A stretch of DNA of 64,000 nucleotides, from assembly GCA_963740635.1 (NCBI GenBank), contig CAVUEQ010000001.1:657026-721025 (forward strand), given 5' to 3'. This DNA comes from an uncultured bacterium (GTDB lineage: Bacteria; Patescibacteriota; Saccharimonadia; UBA4664). The notes beneath the pieces are model-generated. The model saw only the letters and a list, made by a program, of their open reading frames with translations. It had not been told where the DNA came from and made no database searches. Shown one piece after another: positions 1 through 8,942 of the stretch (positions within the stretch are counted from its first letter, which is position 1; the number at the start of each line of letters is the position of its first letter). A program made the position numbers and the translations under genes.

Positions 1-639
1 CGTTTGCCAGGCGTTTTCGCCGTATTTGGGCACGAGTTTGCGCACGCCCACCTGGCCGTCGTAGTGGCCGTCTGAGGTGTAGCGGGCGGAGGTGAGGGCG
101 TAGTCTGCCACGACCATTTCGGCGGTGGCGGCGAGTTTTGCGCGGAATGCGGCCGGGTCCGGTTCGCCGGAGCGCAGCCACTCGAGGACCTCGGCGCGCT
201 GCATCGGTGTGGATATCACAATGCGGCGGCCCTTGGCAGCGGAGCGCAGCATGGCCGGGCCGCCCATGTCGGTTTGGTCGATGACGGATTCGGGGGTGGA
301 GTTGGGCTTGGCTATTTCTTCGGCGAGTGGGTAGAGGTCGACGCACACGAGATCGATATAGGGAATGCCCAACACGCTCATTTCCGCATGGTCTTCGGTG
401 GTGTCGCGGGCCAGCAATGCGGCATGGATTTCGCGGGACAAAGTCACCACGCGGTGGCCTAGAATAGGCCCGCCGCCAACCAGGGTGGCCACGTCCGTAA
501 CGGGGATTTTGGCTTCGGCAAGCTTTTTGGCTGTACCGCCGGAGGAGTAGATGGTCCAACCCGAATCGACCAATTCGCGGGCAAAGTCGGTGATGCCGGT
601 CTTGTCGTAGACCGAAAGTAATGCGTTGCGCTTGGTCAA
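1..639 (-). CDS. purH: AICAR formyltransferase/IMP cyclohydrolase PurH, N-terminal ~213 codons (continues beyond position 1)
   Basis: Absent from the ORF track because there is no stop in the window. My reverse-strand translation from TTG 639..637 gives LTKRNALLSVYDKTGITDFARELVDSGWTIYSSGGTAKKL...GGPAMLRSAAKG...KYGENAWQT. This is the MGS-like IMPCH domain plus the YGENxxQ motif. TTGA overlap with the purC stop. Confidence 0.85.
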   Translation of the reverse strand, partial: MTKRNALLSVYDKTGITDFARELVDSGWTIYSSGGTAKKLAEAKIPVTDVATLVGGGPILGHRVVTLSREIHAALLARDTTEDHAEMSVLGIPYIDLVCVDLYPLAEEIAKPNSTPESVIDQTDMGGPAMLRSAAKGRRIVISTPMQRAEVLEWLRSGEPDPAAFRAKLAATAEMVVADYALTSARYTSDGHYDGQVGVRKLVPKYGENAWQT

Positions 640-1502
640 ACCTGGACCTCACGCCCGGTCAGGAGCTTGCAGATGTCCTGGTAAATCTGCGCGGTTTTCG
701 CAATCACGTCGCCGGGCACGTGCGGCGCCGGCGGCTTCTTGTCCCAGCCAATGCCCATGGCCCATTGCCGCACGTATTCTTTGTCCATCGACTTGGGCGG
801 CAGGCCGGATTCGTGGGTCTTGGCATCTACGAAGCGGCTCGAGTCCGGGGTCAGAATTTCATCGCACAGGCTCAGCTTGCCATCGATGAAGCCAAGTTCA
901 AATTTCGTGTCCAGCAGCAAAATGCCGCGCTCTTTGGCAAAATCGGCGGCCGTCTGGTACGCCTCAAGGCTAATGCGGCGGGCGGCTTCGGCATTCTCCT
1001 GCCCTGCCAATTCGGCGGCCTGCTCAAAGCTGATGTTCTCATCGTGCTTCCCCTGCTCGGCCTTGGTCGACGGCGTGAACAGCGGCTCGGGCAATGCATC
1101 GCCCTCCTGCATGCCATCGGGCAACTTCGATCCGTGCAGCGTGCCTGATTCTTTGTACTCGCGCCAGCCGGAGCCTACCAAGTAGCCGCGCACAATGCAC
1201 TCAATCGGCAGCATTTCGGCCTTACGCACCAGCATGGCCCGGCCCGCGAATTGCCGGCCCCAGTCCGGGAAATCAGCCGGGTCGGTGGAGATGAGGTGGT
1301 TGGGCGCGGCCTTGGCCACGCCGGTATCGCGCAGCCAAAATTCGGTCATGGCGGTGAGCACCGCGCCCTTGCCCGGCACGGTTTCGCCGAGCACCACGTC
1401 GAAAATGCTGAGGCGGTCCGAGGCCACCATCAGGAAATTGTCGCCCGCGGCGTAGGTGTCGCGGACTTTGCCGGTGTGGACGGGCTTGGGCGCTTCGGTC
1501 AT
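636..1502 (-). CDS. purC: SAICAR synthetase
   Basis: 288-aa ORF: HTGKVRDTY...MVASDRLSIFD...ILLLDTKFELG, typical long-form PurC. Confidence 0.9.
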   Translation of the reverse strand: MTEAPKPVHTGKVRDTYAAGDNFLMVASDRLSIFDVVLGETVPGKGAVLTAMTEFWLRDTGVAKAAPNHLISTDPADFPDWGRQFAGRAMLVRKAEMLPIECIVRGYLVGSGWREYKESGTLHGSKLPDGMQEGDALPEPLFTPSTKAEQGKHDENISFEQAAELAGQENAEAARRISLEAYQTAADFAKERGILLLDTKFELGFIDGKLSLCDEILTPDSSRFVDAKTHESGLPPKSMDKEYVRQWAMGIGWDKKPPAPHVPGDVIAKTAQIYQDICKLLTGREVQV

Positions 1503-1990
1503 TATTTGACGTCCCCGGCCAAATCTACATTAAACTGAGGCGTTTTTTTGGTCTTTTCCAGATATGCGGACAGCCCCGTGGCCACTTTCTCATCACCGAT
1601 TGCCAAAATCTGCGCCGCGGCGACGGCCGCATTTTTCAGGCCCGCCTTCCCTACCCCCGTCGTCAACACCGGCACGCCCGGCGGCATGAAAATTGTTGAA
1701 GTAATGCCGGACTCGTCGAGCGGCACACCAATGACGGGGATGGTCATCTTAGTGAGGCCGGCCAGTGCGCCAGGCAGAGCAGCGGCCACACCGGCGGCGC
1801 CGATAAAGAGCTTCGTGCCCTCCTTTATGGACTGCGCGGCAAACTCATCTAGCTCATGCGCATTGCGGTGCGCCGAGCACACCGACACCGCGTTACTGAT
1901 GCCAATATCGGTCAGCGTTTGCGAAATCCCAGAGGCCTTTACCGCCTCGAGGTCGCTGGCACTACCGAGAACAATTTGAACCAGGGACAT
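1502..1990 (-). CDS. purE: N5-CAIR mutase / AIR carboxylase catalytic subunit
   Basis: 162-aa ORF: IVLGSASDL...CSAHRN...GAAGVAAALPGALAGLT..PVIGVP. SD AAAGGAG lies 8 nt upstream. 1-nt overlap with the purC start. Confidence 0.88.
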   Translation of the reverse strand: MSLVQIVLGSASDLEAVKASGISQTLTDIGISNAVSVCSAHRNAHELDEFAAQSIKEGTKLFIGAAGVAAALPGALAGLTKMTIPVIGVPLDESGITSTIFMPPGVPVLTTGVGKAGLKNAAVAAAQILAIGDEKVATGLSAYLEKTKKTPQFNVDLAGDVK

Positions 1991-2134
1991 GTCACTGCTC
2001 CTTTCACAACGTATCGAGGTTATTTTACCTTACCGGAGCCCGGTCTGGCCAGCGCCCTGAATTGACTAATGCGTGTAATTATTTTACTCTTTGCGCGGGT
2101 CAATCCGGCCCCCTGCGACGTCCTTGGAGGAGTC

Positions 2135-2592
2135 ATGTTTCGAACCTTGGTTGGGTCCTGGCCACTATGGGCCGTGATCGCCCCAACGGGTTTTGTGGTG
2201 TACCAGGCCTTTGTGAAGGGCGCCTGCCGAAAGGAACTTCAACGCTCACAGTGTTGTCTTACGGGCTGGCACTGGCTACGGCGATTCTGTTCGTCCTGAA
2301 CCAGATCTTCGGGTCCGACAAATCCTTGGCCATTCATGGCAAGGCCTTGCTGCTGATGTTTTGCATCGGGACTTGTCTGGCAATAGCCAACTTCGCTGTC
2401 TTGTGGGCTTTTCGTCACGGCGCTCCCCAGTCTGGATTCACTGCGGTGTACAACCCGACCTTCCTGATCGTTGGGATAGTCATCGGCCTGGTCATCTGGC
2501 ACGAGCGGCCAACCCCCGTGCAGTTGTTGGGACTCGGCGTCATCCTGGGCGGCGTTCTCATCTACTCACTCGGGAAGACCATCTGGTCCTAG
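2135..2592 (+). pseudogene. Small EamA/DMT-like membrane transporter interrupted by one frameshift near 2222-2226
   Basis: GGAGG-N4-ATG at 2135 opens MFRTLVGSWPLWAVIAPTGFVVYQAFVKG (frame of ORF 2069..2299). The hydrophobic continuation LPKGTSTLTVLSYGLALATAILFVL...VIWHERPTPVQLLGLGVILGGVLIYSL is in the frame of ORF 2062..2592. Restoring one C in GGCGCC(C)TGCCG joins them. Confidence 0.6.
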
Positions 2593-2611
2593 CTCGAGTG
2601 GATGCGCGGCC

Positions 2612-2668
2612 GGAAACCCAAATCGGTCCGGGCCTTTTAAGCTCCGGACCGGTTTCCGTTTTGTCTTT
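2612..2668 (+). terminator. Intrinsic terminator-like hairpin after the transporter gene
   Basis: GGAAAC..CGGTCCGG-N12-CCGGACCG GTTTCC, followed by GTTTTGTCTTT. Confidence 0.5.
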
Positions 2669-2670
2669 GA

Positions 2671-4068
2671 CTAGGCAGGAATTGTTTCAGTGGGGTTGCG
2701 GCGGTGGATGACCTTGATTTGGCAGAGCTCGCGCAGGCCATGGATGCCACGCTCGCGACCCTGGCCGGAGTTTTTGAAGCCGCCAAAGGGATCGGCTGGC
2801 GAGAAGCGATCTTCGAAGTTGAGGGCAATTGAGCCTCCGTCGATTTGACCGGCCACTCGCTCGGCCCGGTTGAGGTCGGAGGAGATGACGCGGCCGCCGA
2901 GGCCGTAAGGGGTGTCGTTGGCCAGCGAGACGGCCTCCGCATCAGTTTTGAAGGTGACGATGGGCAGCACCGGGCCGAAAACTTCTTCGCGCCACACCCG
3001 CATGTCGGGCTTGATGCCGGTGAGCAGAGTCGGGGCAACGTAAGCCCCTTTTAGAGCGCTGGGCACGGGCAGCTGCGCGGCGATTCTGGCGCCGCTATCG
3101 AGGGCCTCCTGCAGTTGACTTTTGATTAGCACCTGCTGGCGCTTGGCCACCAGACTTGAAATGTCAGTGTCGGGATTGGACCCAGGGCCGATAGTTTTAG
3201 TCTCAAGGACTTTTGCCAGCTCGCGGGTGAGGGCCGGAGCGACGGATTCGTGGACTATTAGGCGCTTGATGGCACTGCAGACTTGGCCGCAATTCCCGAA
3301 GCGCCCGGTGTAAATGATGCGCGAGGCCTCGGTGAGGTCGGCATCTTCGAAGACCACGCAGGGGTTGGAGCCGCCCATTTCCAGCACGGCCTTGATGAAT
3401 TTGTCGGCGGCGGTCCTGTACAGGAGTTTGCCGGTGCGGGTGCTGCCGGTGAACCAGATGAGGTCAACATCTGACTCGACCAGCTGCTGGCCGACGTCTC
3501 CCCCGCCATAGACTTCGGCGAACACGCCCTCCGGTAAGTTGTGCTTGTTAATTATCTCCTCGATGAGGCGCCCAACCAGGGGGCATTCCTCTGAGGTCTT
3601 GAACACGACTGGGTTGCCCGCGATAAGGTTCGGGAAAATGCCCCATACGGCCATGCCAAATGGGTAATTCCACGGCGCAATGGCGGCGGCCACGCCATGC
3701 GGCTCGTATCGGATGTAGTGGTGCGACTCGTCATCGCTCAGCGTGACTTCATCGGCCAGCGCCGTCTCAGCGTGGTCCAGAAACCAGGTGAGTTCAAGAT
3801 TGGTATAGCGCGTGGCCTCAGACCGGGCCTGCTCGATCGGCTTGCCCATTTCTTGGCTGATGAGCGTGGCGATTTCCTCAATGCGGGCCGCGAATTCGTC
3901 ACGGATTGGCTCGAGCAGTTTGACCCTAGCAGCCACGCCGAGGTCTTTCCAGGCGGTTTTGACGGCCTGAGCCTGCTTAACTTTGGCTTTAATTTCGGCC
4001 TGAGTCGAGACCTCGACTTCGCCATTCACGGAATAATTTTCGGCCGGATTGGTGGAAATTAATTTCAT
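2671..4068 (-). CDS. NAD(P)-dependent aldehyde dehydrogenase
   Basis: 465-aa ORF with an ALDH family signature: FTGSTRTGK, LEMGGSNP, GQVCSAIKR, EEVFGPVLP. TGCTAAAAT-N6-ATG lies directly upstream. Confidence 0.9.
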   Translation of the reverse strand: MKLISTNPAENYSVNGEVEVSTQAEIKAKVKQAQAVKTAWKDLGVAARVKLLEPIRDEFAARIEEIATLISQEMGKPIEQARSEATRYTNLELTWFLDHAETALADEVTLSDDESHHYIRYEPHGVAAAIAPWNYPFGMAVWGIFPNLIAGNPVVFKTSEECPLVGRLIEEIINKHNLPEGVFAEVYGGGDVGQQLVESDVDLIWFTGSTRTGKLLYRTAADKFIKAVLEMGGSNPCVVFEDADLTEASRIIYTGRFGNCGQVCSAIKRLIVHESVAPALTRELAKVLETKTIGPGSNPDTDISSLVAKRQQVLIKSQLQEALDSGARIAAQLPVPSALKGAYVAPTLLTGIKPDMRVWREEVFGPVLPIVTFKTDAEAVSLANDTPYGLGGRVISSDLNRAERVAGQIDGGSIALNFEDRFSPADPFGGFKNSGQGRERGIHGLRELCQIKVIHRRNPTETIPA

Positions 4069-4132
4069 ACGGGTATTTTAGCAGACGAAACCGGCTGCAC
4101 TTCTCATCGCTGAGAGGCGCGGCCGGCTGCTG

Positions 4133-4825
4133 TCATGCGACGTCTTCCTCTGAGACATACTTCATCCTGCGCGAGTCGAAAACCCACTTGGGGGCAAGGA
4201 GAGCGACCGGCAGAGGCTTCGTCACACCCCCGAGTTCGCACAGGACGATCCGCCAACGTGCTAGGTTCTGTTTCGGACGGGGGTTCTGCACCTCCGCAAG
4301 TTCGCCCGTGAGAGCGATCCGGTGGGTTCTGGACAGAACTCTAGTCAGCCTAGCGTGAGCGCCGGCGAGAGATTCCCCCCATGGCAAGCTGGGGGATGAG
4401 CCGTACCATTGGTTGAGGTAAACGAAATACTGCAGGCAGACTGCAACCCCGAACATGCGGCGGGTGTCCGTGGTGAAGTGATGCCCACGGCCGACGAAGC
4501 GGAAGACGGGTTCCGGCTTGAAGGCGTCGAGTTGTCGCTGAATCCAGATCGTGGTTAGGAAGTTGAGGTTGTTGTACCAGACCTCCTCGACGCTAGCCAG
4601 CCGGTGGGGCGGCTCCCGAAGGGGAAGATTCTCGGCGCAGAAGCGGGCGGTCTGAGTGACATTGGCCATGTCTTCGAGCGAGAACTGCCACCGCCAGGCG
4701 AGAGCGAAGGCGCCGGTTTGCCGGGCTAGTATGCGCATAACGCCGGCAATTTCGGGAATCGCCAGTAGCTCATCTGCCGACTTCCGGCAGTTAATACGCG
4801 TCTCGAGCAAGAAGCGCTTGGACAT
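4133..4825 (-). CDS. Hypothetical protein, no recognisable family
   Basis: 230-aa ORF with GGAGG 6 nt upstream of the ATG. Non-repetitive composition. Sits between purB and the aldehyde dehydrogenase. Confidence 0.55.
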   Translation of the reverse strand: MSKRFLLETRINCRKSADELLAIPEIAGVMRILARQTGAFALAWRWQFSLEDMANVTQTARFCAENLPLREPPHRLASVEEVWYNNLNFLTTIWIQRQLDAFKPEPVFRFVGRGHHFTTDTRRMFGVAVCLQYFVYLNQWYGSSPSLPWGESLAGAHARLTRVLSRTHRIALTGELAEVQNPRPKQNLARWRIVLCELGGVTKPLPVALLAPKWVFDSRRMKYVSEEDVA

Positions 4826-4912
4826 ATCTGACCTCCGGGATCGGGTAAGGATGTGAGGTGCGTGGCAAGACTGGTTTAGTTTTAGAATACCTTGAGCGTT
4901 TTGGCAAGGGAT

Positions 4913-6364
4913 CTAGAGAATCGGCTCGGGCGTGTATTTGGCGTCTTGGGGGTGGGCTTTGAGGACTCCTGCGGCGCGGGCGCGGAAGGCGTCGGTTTGT
5001 TGGCGGGCCAGGCCGGTGAAGGATAGCGGGTCGGCGTGGATGAGGTCCTGAAGCTCTATAGATGAGAACTTGAGGCGGGAGTCGGCGGCTAGGCGGTCGA
5101 GGAGGTCGTTGGGGGCGCCGGTTTCGCGCATGGCGGTGGCGACGGCGGTGGCGTGCTCTTTGATGGCCTCGTGGGCGGTTTCGCGGCCGACGCCTTTGGC
5201 GACGGCGGCCATGAGGATTTTGGAACTGGCGAGGAAGGGCAGGTAAGTTTTGAGCTCGGCCTCGATGACGGCCGGGTAGGCGCCGAACGAGTCGAGGACG
5301 GAGATGGCGGTTTGGAGCAGGCCGTCGACGGCGAAAAAGGCGTTGGGGATGGCGACGCGGCGGATGACGGAGCAACTCACGTCGCCCTCGGCCCATTGGG
5401 TGCCGACGACGCCCATGAGCTGGGTGTGGCTGCCGCCGAGCACGGCAAACAGGCCGTGAATGCGCTCGCTGGAGCGGGCATTCATTTTGTGCGGCATGGC
5501 GCTGGAGCCGGCCTGGCCCTTTTTGAAGCCCTCAGTCACCTGGCCGTTGCCGGCCATGAGGCGGATGGTAGTGGCGAGGTTGGCGATGGGGGCGGCGGCG
5601 CGGATGAGGGCGTCGACGACGGCGAGGTCGAGCGAGCGCGGGTAGATTTGGCCGGTGGAGGTGAAGGTGTGGCTGAAGCCCAGCTCCTTGGCAATGTCTG
5701 CTTCTAAGGCGGAGACATTTTCTTCCGAGCCCAATACCTGCAGCTGGTCGGCAGCGGTGCCCATGGGGCCTTTGATGCCGCGCAGCTGGTAGCCGGCGCG
5801 CAGTTCGGCTAGCGCGTCGATGCCGAGCAGCAGCTCTTCGCCGGCGGTGGCAAAGCGCTTGCCCAGGGTGGTCACCTGCGCCGGCACGTTGTGGCTGCGG
5901 CCCGCGATGGGCTGGTCGCGGTAGTCGCCGGCCAGCTTGTCGAGGCGGGCGAGGGTGGCGATGAGGCGGGATTGGATGAGGGCGAGGGAGTCGCGGATGG
6001 CAGCCTGCTCGGTGTTTTCGGTGACGTCGCGGCTGGTGAGGCCGACATGGATGGCCTCGTGGCCGGCCAGGGCGTTGAATTCTTCGATGCGGGCCATCAC
6101 GTCGTGGCGGGTGCGCAATTCGCGCTCGCGGATCGAATCGAGGTCGACTTGGTCGGTGACCTTTTCGTAAGCGGCGATGACTGAAGCGTCGGCTTTGGCG
6201 CCGTGCTTAGCCTGCGCGCGCAGAACGGAGATCCAGAATTTTCGCTCGCGAATGACTTTGGCCTCGTCGGTCCAGAGTTCAAGCATGGGCGTGGAAGCGT
6301 AGCGGTCGGCCAAAACATTGGGGATAAGGGGTTTGCTAGCGGACACTGAGAGTTTCCCCTTCAT
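4913..6364 (-). CDS. purB: Adenylosuccinate lyase
   Basis: 483-aa ORF: IPNVLADRYAS...GLTSRDVTEN...GSSAMPHKMN. The true start may be slightly downstream, since the ORF overlaps purM by 29 nt. Confidence 0.9.
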   Translation of the reverse strand: MKGKLSVSASKPLIPNVLADRYASTPMLELWTDEAKVIRERKFWISVLRAQAKHGAKADASVIAAYEKVTDQVDLDSIRERELRTRHDVMARIEEFNALAGHEAIHVGLTSRDVTENTEQAAIRDSLALIQSRLIATLARLDKLAGDYRDQPIAGRSHNVPAQVTTLGKRFATAGEELLLGIDALAELRAGYQLRGIKGPMGTAADQLQVLGSEENVSALEADIAKELGFSHTFTSTGQIYPRSLDLAVVDALIRAAAPIANLATTIRLMAGNGQVTEGFKKGQAGSSAMPHKMNARSSERIHGLFAVLGGSHTQLMGVVGTQWAEGDVSCSVIRRVAIPNAFFAVDGLLQTAISVLDSFGAYPAVIEAELKTYLPFLASSKILMAAVAKGVGRETAHEAIKEHATAVATAMRETGAPNDLLDRLAADSRLKFSSIELQDLIHADPLSFTGLARQQTDAFRARAAGVLKAHPQDAKYTPEPIL

Positions 6365-7451
6365 AAATTAAGTTCTTGGGCTTAATTACAACGCTTTTGT
6401 GATCACCTTCTTTGGTTATTTTTCCAGCAATCCATGCATTAATGTTATGTTTTTTGGAAATCTGCACAACAGCATCCGCATCTTCGGGACGCACATATAT
6501 CGCAAAACCCGCGCCCATGTTCCAGGTGCCGTAAGCTTCCTCGTCGGATACCGGGCCTTGCTCCTGCATGAATTTGAACACCGGCTGCGGCTCAGGAATT
6601 TGGTCGACGGTGTAGATGTACGGCTCCACAGCGCGCATGAGTTTGCGCCAACCGTGGCCGGTGATGTTGACCGTGTAGTGCATGTTAATGCCGGCCTCTT
6701 GGATGCCTTCGATGATTGGCACGTAGATGAAGGTGGGGTCGAGCAAGGCCTCCCCAAAACTGCGGCCGTCGCTGAGGACGGCGTCGTAGCCCGTGGTTTC
6801 GGCGATTTTGCGGGCCAGAGAGATGCCGTTGGCGTGGATGCCGGAGCTTGCGAGCAACACGATGGCGTCGCCGTCGGCAATGTCGCCGCGGATCCGGCGG
6901 TCTTTGGGCTTGATGATGCCCACCGCCGAGCCGGCTAGCGCAACGGCATTGGGCTCCACAACTCCGGTGAGGCCGGCCGATTCGCCGCCGCCCCAGACGC
7001 AGCCCGCCAGGTCGCAGGCCCGTTTCCAGCCGTCGGCCAGGCTCTTGGCGCGCTCCACGTTGGTGAACCAACGCGTGTCGCCGACTCCGGCGTGCATGGC
7101 GACCGATACAGGCAGAGCTCCCAAAGTGATGAGGTCGTTGATGATCATGGCAACGGTGTCCTGGGCAATGGCGTCGTAATAGTGCTTGCCGGTCAGCTCG
7201 TGCACCCTATCTGCCACCAAATTTTTGGTGCCGAGGTCCTCTTCGACGTGGGCCAGGTAGTGGTCACCGGCCTCAAGCAAAAAGGCAGATTCGCCGCGGC
7301 TAGCCGTAACTTCGGTGAAGCCCAGGCGCCGGGCATTGCCCCCTGTCGTGAGCGCCGCTGCCTGCGCGGCTCGTTTAAACGGGTCCAGAGCGTCGTAATC
7401 TACGCCGTGGTCGGAGTATTTGAGGCCGGGTTTGGACGCTGGTTTGCTCAT
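6336..7451 (-). CDS. purM: AIR synthetase (FGAM cyclo-ligase), PurM family
   Basis: 371-aa ORF with AIR-synthase-like N and C domains (DLGTKN, GGGESAG, ITGHG). Lies in the pur cluster. Confidence 0.8.
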   Translation of the reverse strand: MSKPASKPGLKYSDHGVDYDALDPFKRAAQAAALTTGGNARRLGFTEVTASRGESAFLLEAGDHYLAHVEEDLGTKNLVADRVHELTGKHYYDAIAQDTVAMIINDLITLGALPVSVAMHAGVGDTRWFTNVERAKSLADGWKRACDLAGCVWGGGESAGLTGVVEPNAVALAGSAVGIIKPKDRRIRGDIADGDAIVLLASSGIHANGISLARKIAETTGYDAVLSDGRSFGEALLDPTFIYVPIIEGIQEAGINMHYTVNITGHGWRKLMRAVEPYIYTVDQIPEPQPVFKFMQEQGPVSDEEAYGTWNMGAGFAIYVRPEDADAVVQISKKHNINAWIAGKITKEGDHKSVVIKPKNLIYEGETLSVR

Positions 7452-8026
7452 ACTGGGCTCGCTTTCGTCATTAATTTCTGGAGAGTTGCTGGATAAAGGC
7501 TGCGCTCGGCCTGCTTAATGCGCTCGTGCAGGATGGCGACGGAGTCGCCGGGCTCCACGGGTACCTGCTCCTGGGCGAGGATGGGCCCGGCGTCGAGCTC
7601 GAGGGTGGCGATGTGGATGGTGCAGCCGGTAACGTTCGAGCCGGATTCGAGCGCGTCGCGGACGGCAGTGTCACCTTTGAAGGCGGGCAGCAGCGACGGG
7701 TGGGTATTGATGATTTTGCCTTCGTAGCGGGCAAATACCGGCTCGGCGAGAATGGTCATGAAGCCGGCCATGGCGACGAGGTCAATGTGGTGGCGCTCGA
7801 GGACCTCCACCAGCTCACGCGAATAGGCGGTGCGGTCGAAGTCCCGGCCGTAGCTGCGACGCTCCACCAGCTCGGTGGGCACACCGGCGGCCGCCGCGAT
7901 CTCCAACCCGCGGCAGGGGCGGTCGGCCACCACCAGCGATACCTCAACCCCGGCCTTGAGCATAGCCTCCAAAATCGAACCGACGCCCGAAACCATCACG
8001 GCGAGCCTAGTCACAACGTGGCACAC
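7448..8026 (-). CDS. purN: GAR formyltransferase
   Basis: 192-aa ORF: LAVMVSG.GS...INTHPSLLPAFKG...TIH.A..ELDAGPI. ATGA overlap with purM. Confidence 0.9.
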   Translation of the reverse strand: MCHVVTRLAVMVSGVGSILEAMLKAGVEVSLVVADRPCRGLEIAAAAGVPTELVERRSYGRDFDRTAYSRELVEVLERHHIDLVAMAGFMTILAEPVFARYEGKIINTHPSLLPAFKGDTAVRDALESGSNVTGCTIHIATLELDAGPILAQEQVPVEPGDSVAILHERIKQAERSLYPATLQKLMTKASPV

Positions 8027-8108
8027 AACATAACGTATTGATTTTACCTGGAATTTGGGGCCGGGGCAAAGCGCCTAAGCGCGCGTTATGTCAGATAAAA
8101 TTACGAAA

Positions 8109-8942
8109 TCATTTCAGCGTAGTAATTGGCCTCGATTGTACTACGTAAAATTTTCCTTCTTTAAACGCCCATTCAATATCTTGCGGTACTCGAAAATGCT
8201 GTTCGATTCTCAGCCCGATCGATGCAATCTCTTCCACCTGTTTCTCGCGTAACGTGGCTTTGTCTGACATCGAAGCAGGGACTTGAACGACCTTATTCTC
8301 GGTACCAGTGAACAGCATCTGACTATCTTTAACACTGATATGAAACTCGGGTACGCTTAGTGGTTTTTTAATCACGACCCAACGGTCTGGCGTTATGGCC
8401 CCCTGCACAATCATTTCCCCCAGCCCATAGACGGCTTCAATAATCATAGAGTTTCGGTCACTCGTGACCGGGTTGGCGGTAAACATCACCCCTGATACCT
8501 GGCTGTCGACCATATCCTGCACCACAACGCCAACCGTTAACTGGTCTTCGGAAAGGTTTTTATCTTCGGCGTAGCTCAGTGCTCGCCCGGATCTTATTGA
8601 ATCCCAGCACTTTCGGACGCTATCATCGAGGCGGCCCTCACTGACATTCAAATACGACTCTAATTGGCCGGCCCAAGATGCATCACTCGCATCTTCGACA
8701 GTCGCGGAAGATCTGACTGCCACCCTGGTCGTGTTGAGCTTAAGGAAAGCATGGTGCAATTCAGCTTTGAACCCCGCGCTTAGGGGCCTGGCGGCAAAAT
8801 CATTGGATGCCTCGGCCGCAATTGCAAACCCGTTGGGAACAGGGAAACCGACCGCTAAAAGTTCACCCAGCGATGCAGCCTTGCCTCCATAGTTTGATGC
8901 ATTAACTCTATTGATCTCGCTCAGCTGTTTGATGTATTTCAT
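8109..8942 (-). CDS. PPDK_N-type ATP-grasp (PEP/pyruvate-binding) domain protein, stand-alone
   Basis: 277-aa ORF: YGGKAASLGELL..GFPVPNGF, VAVRSSATVEDA...WAGQLESYLNV, SGVMFTANP, GLGE.IVQG, PQDIEWA...VVQSRPIT. Markedly lower GC than the flanks. Confidence 0.8.
   Translation of the reverse strand: MKYIKQLSEINRVNASNYGGKAASLGELLAVGFPVPNGFAIAAEASNDFAARPLSAGFKAELHHAFLKLNTTRVAVRSSATVEDASDASWAGQLESYLNVSEGRLDDSVRKCWDSIRSGRALSYAEDKNLSEDQLTVGVVVQDMVDSQVSGVMFTANPVTSDRNSMIIEAVYGLGEMIVQGAITPDRWVVIKKPLSVPEFHISVKDSQMLFTGTENKVVQVPASMSDKATLREKQVEEIASIGLRIEQHFRVPQDIEWAFKEGKFYVVQSRPITTLK

Noticed and set aside
6336-6364. 29-nt overlap between purB and purM as a sign of a frameshift or fusion.
   Set aside because: Both proteins are complete and alignable to their families. 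The overlap most likely reflects an over-extended purB start (the conserved region begins at ...IPNVLADRYAS).
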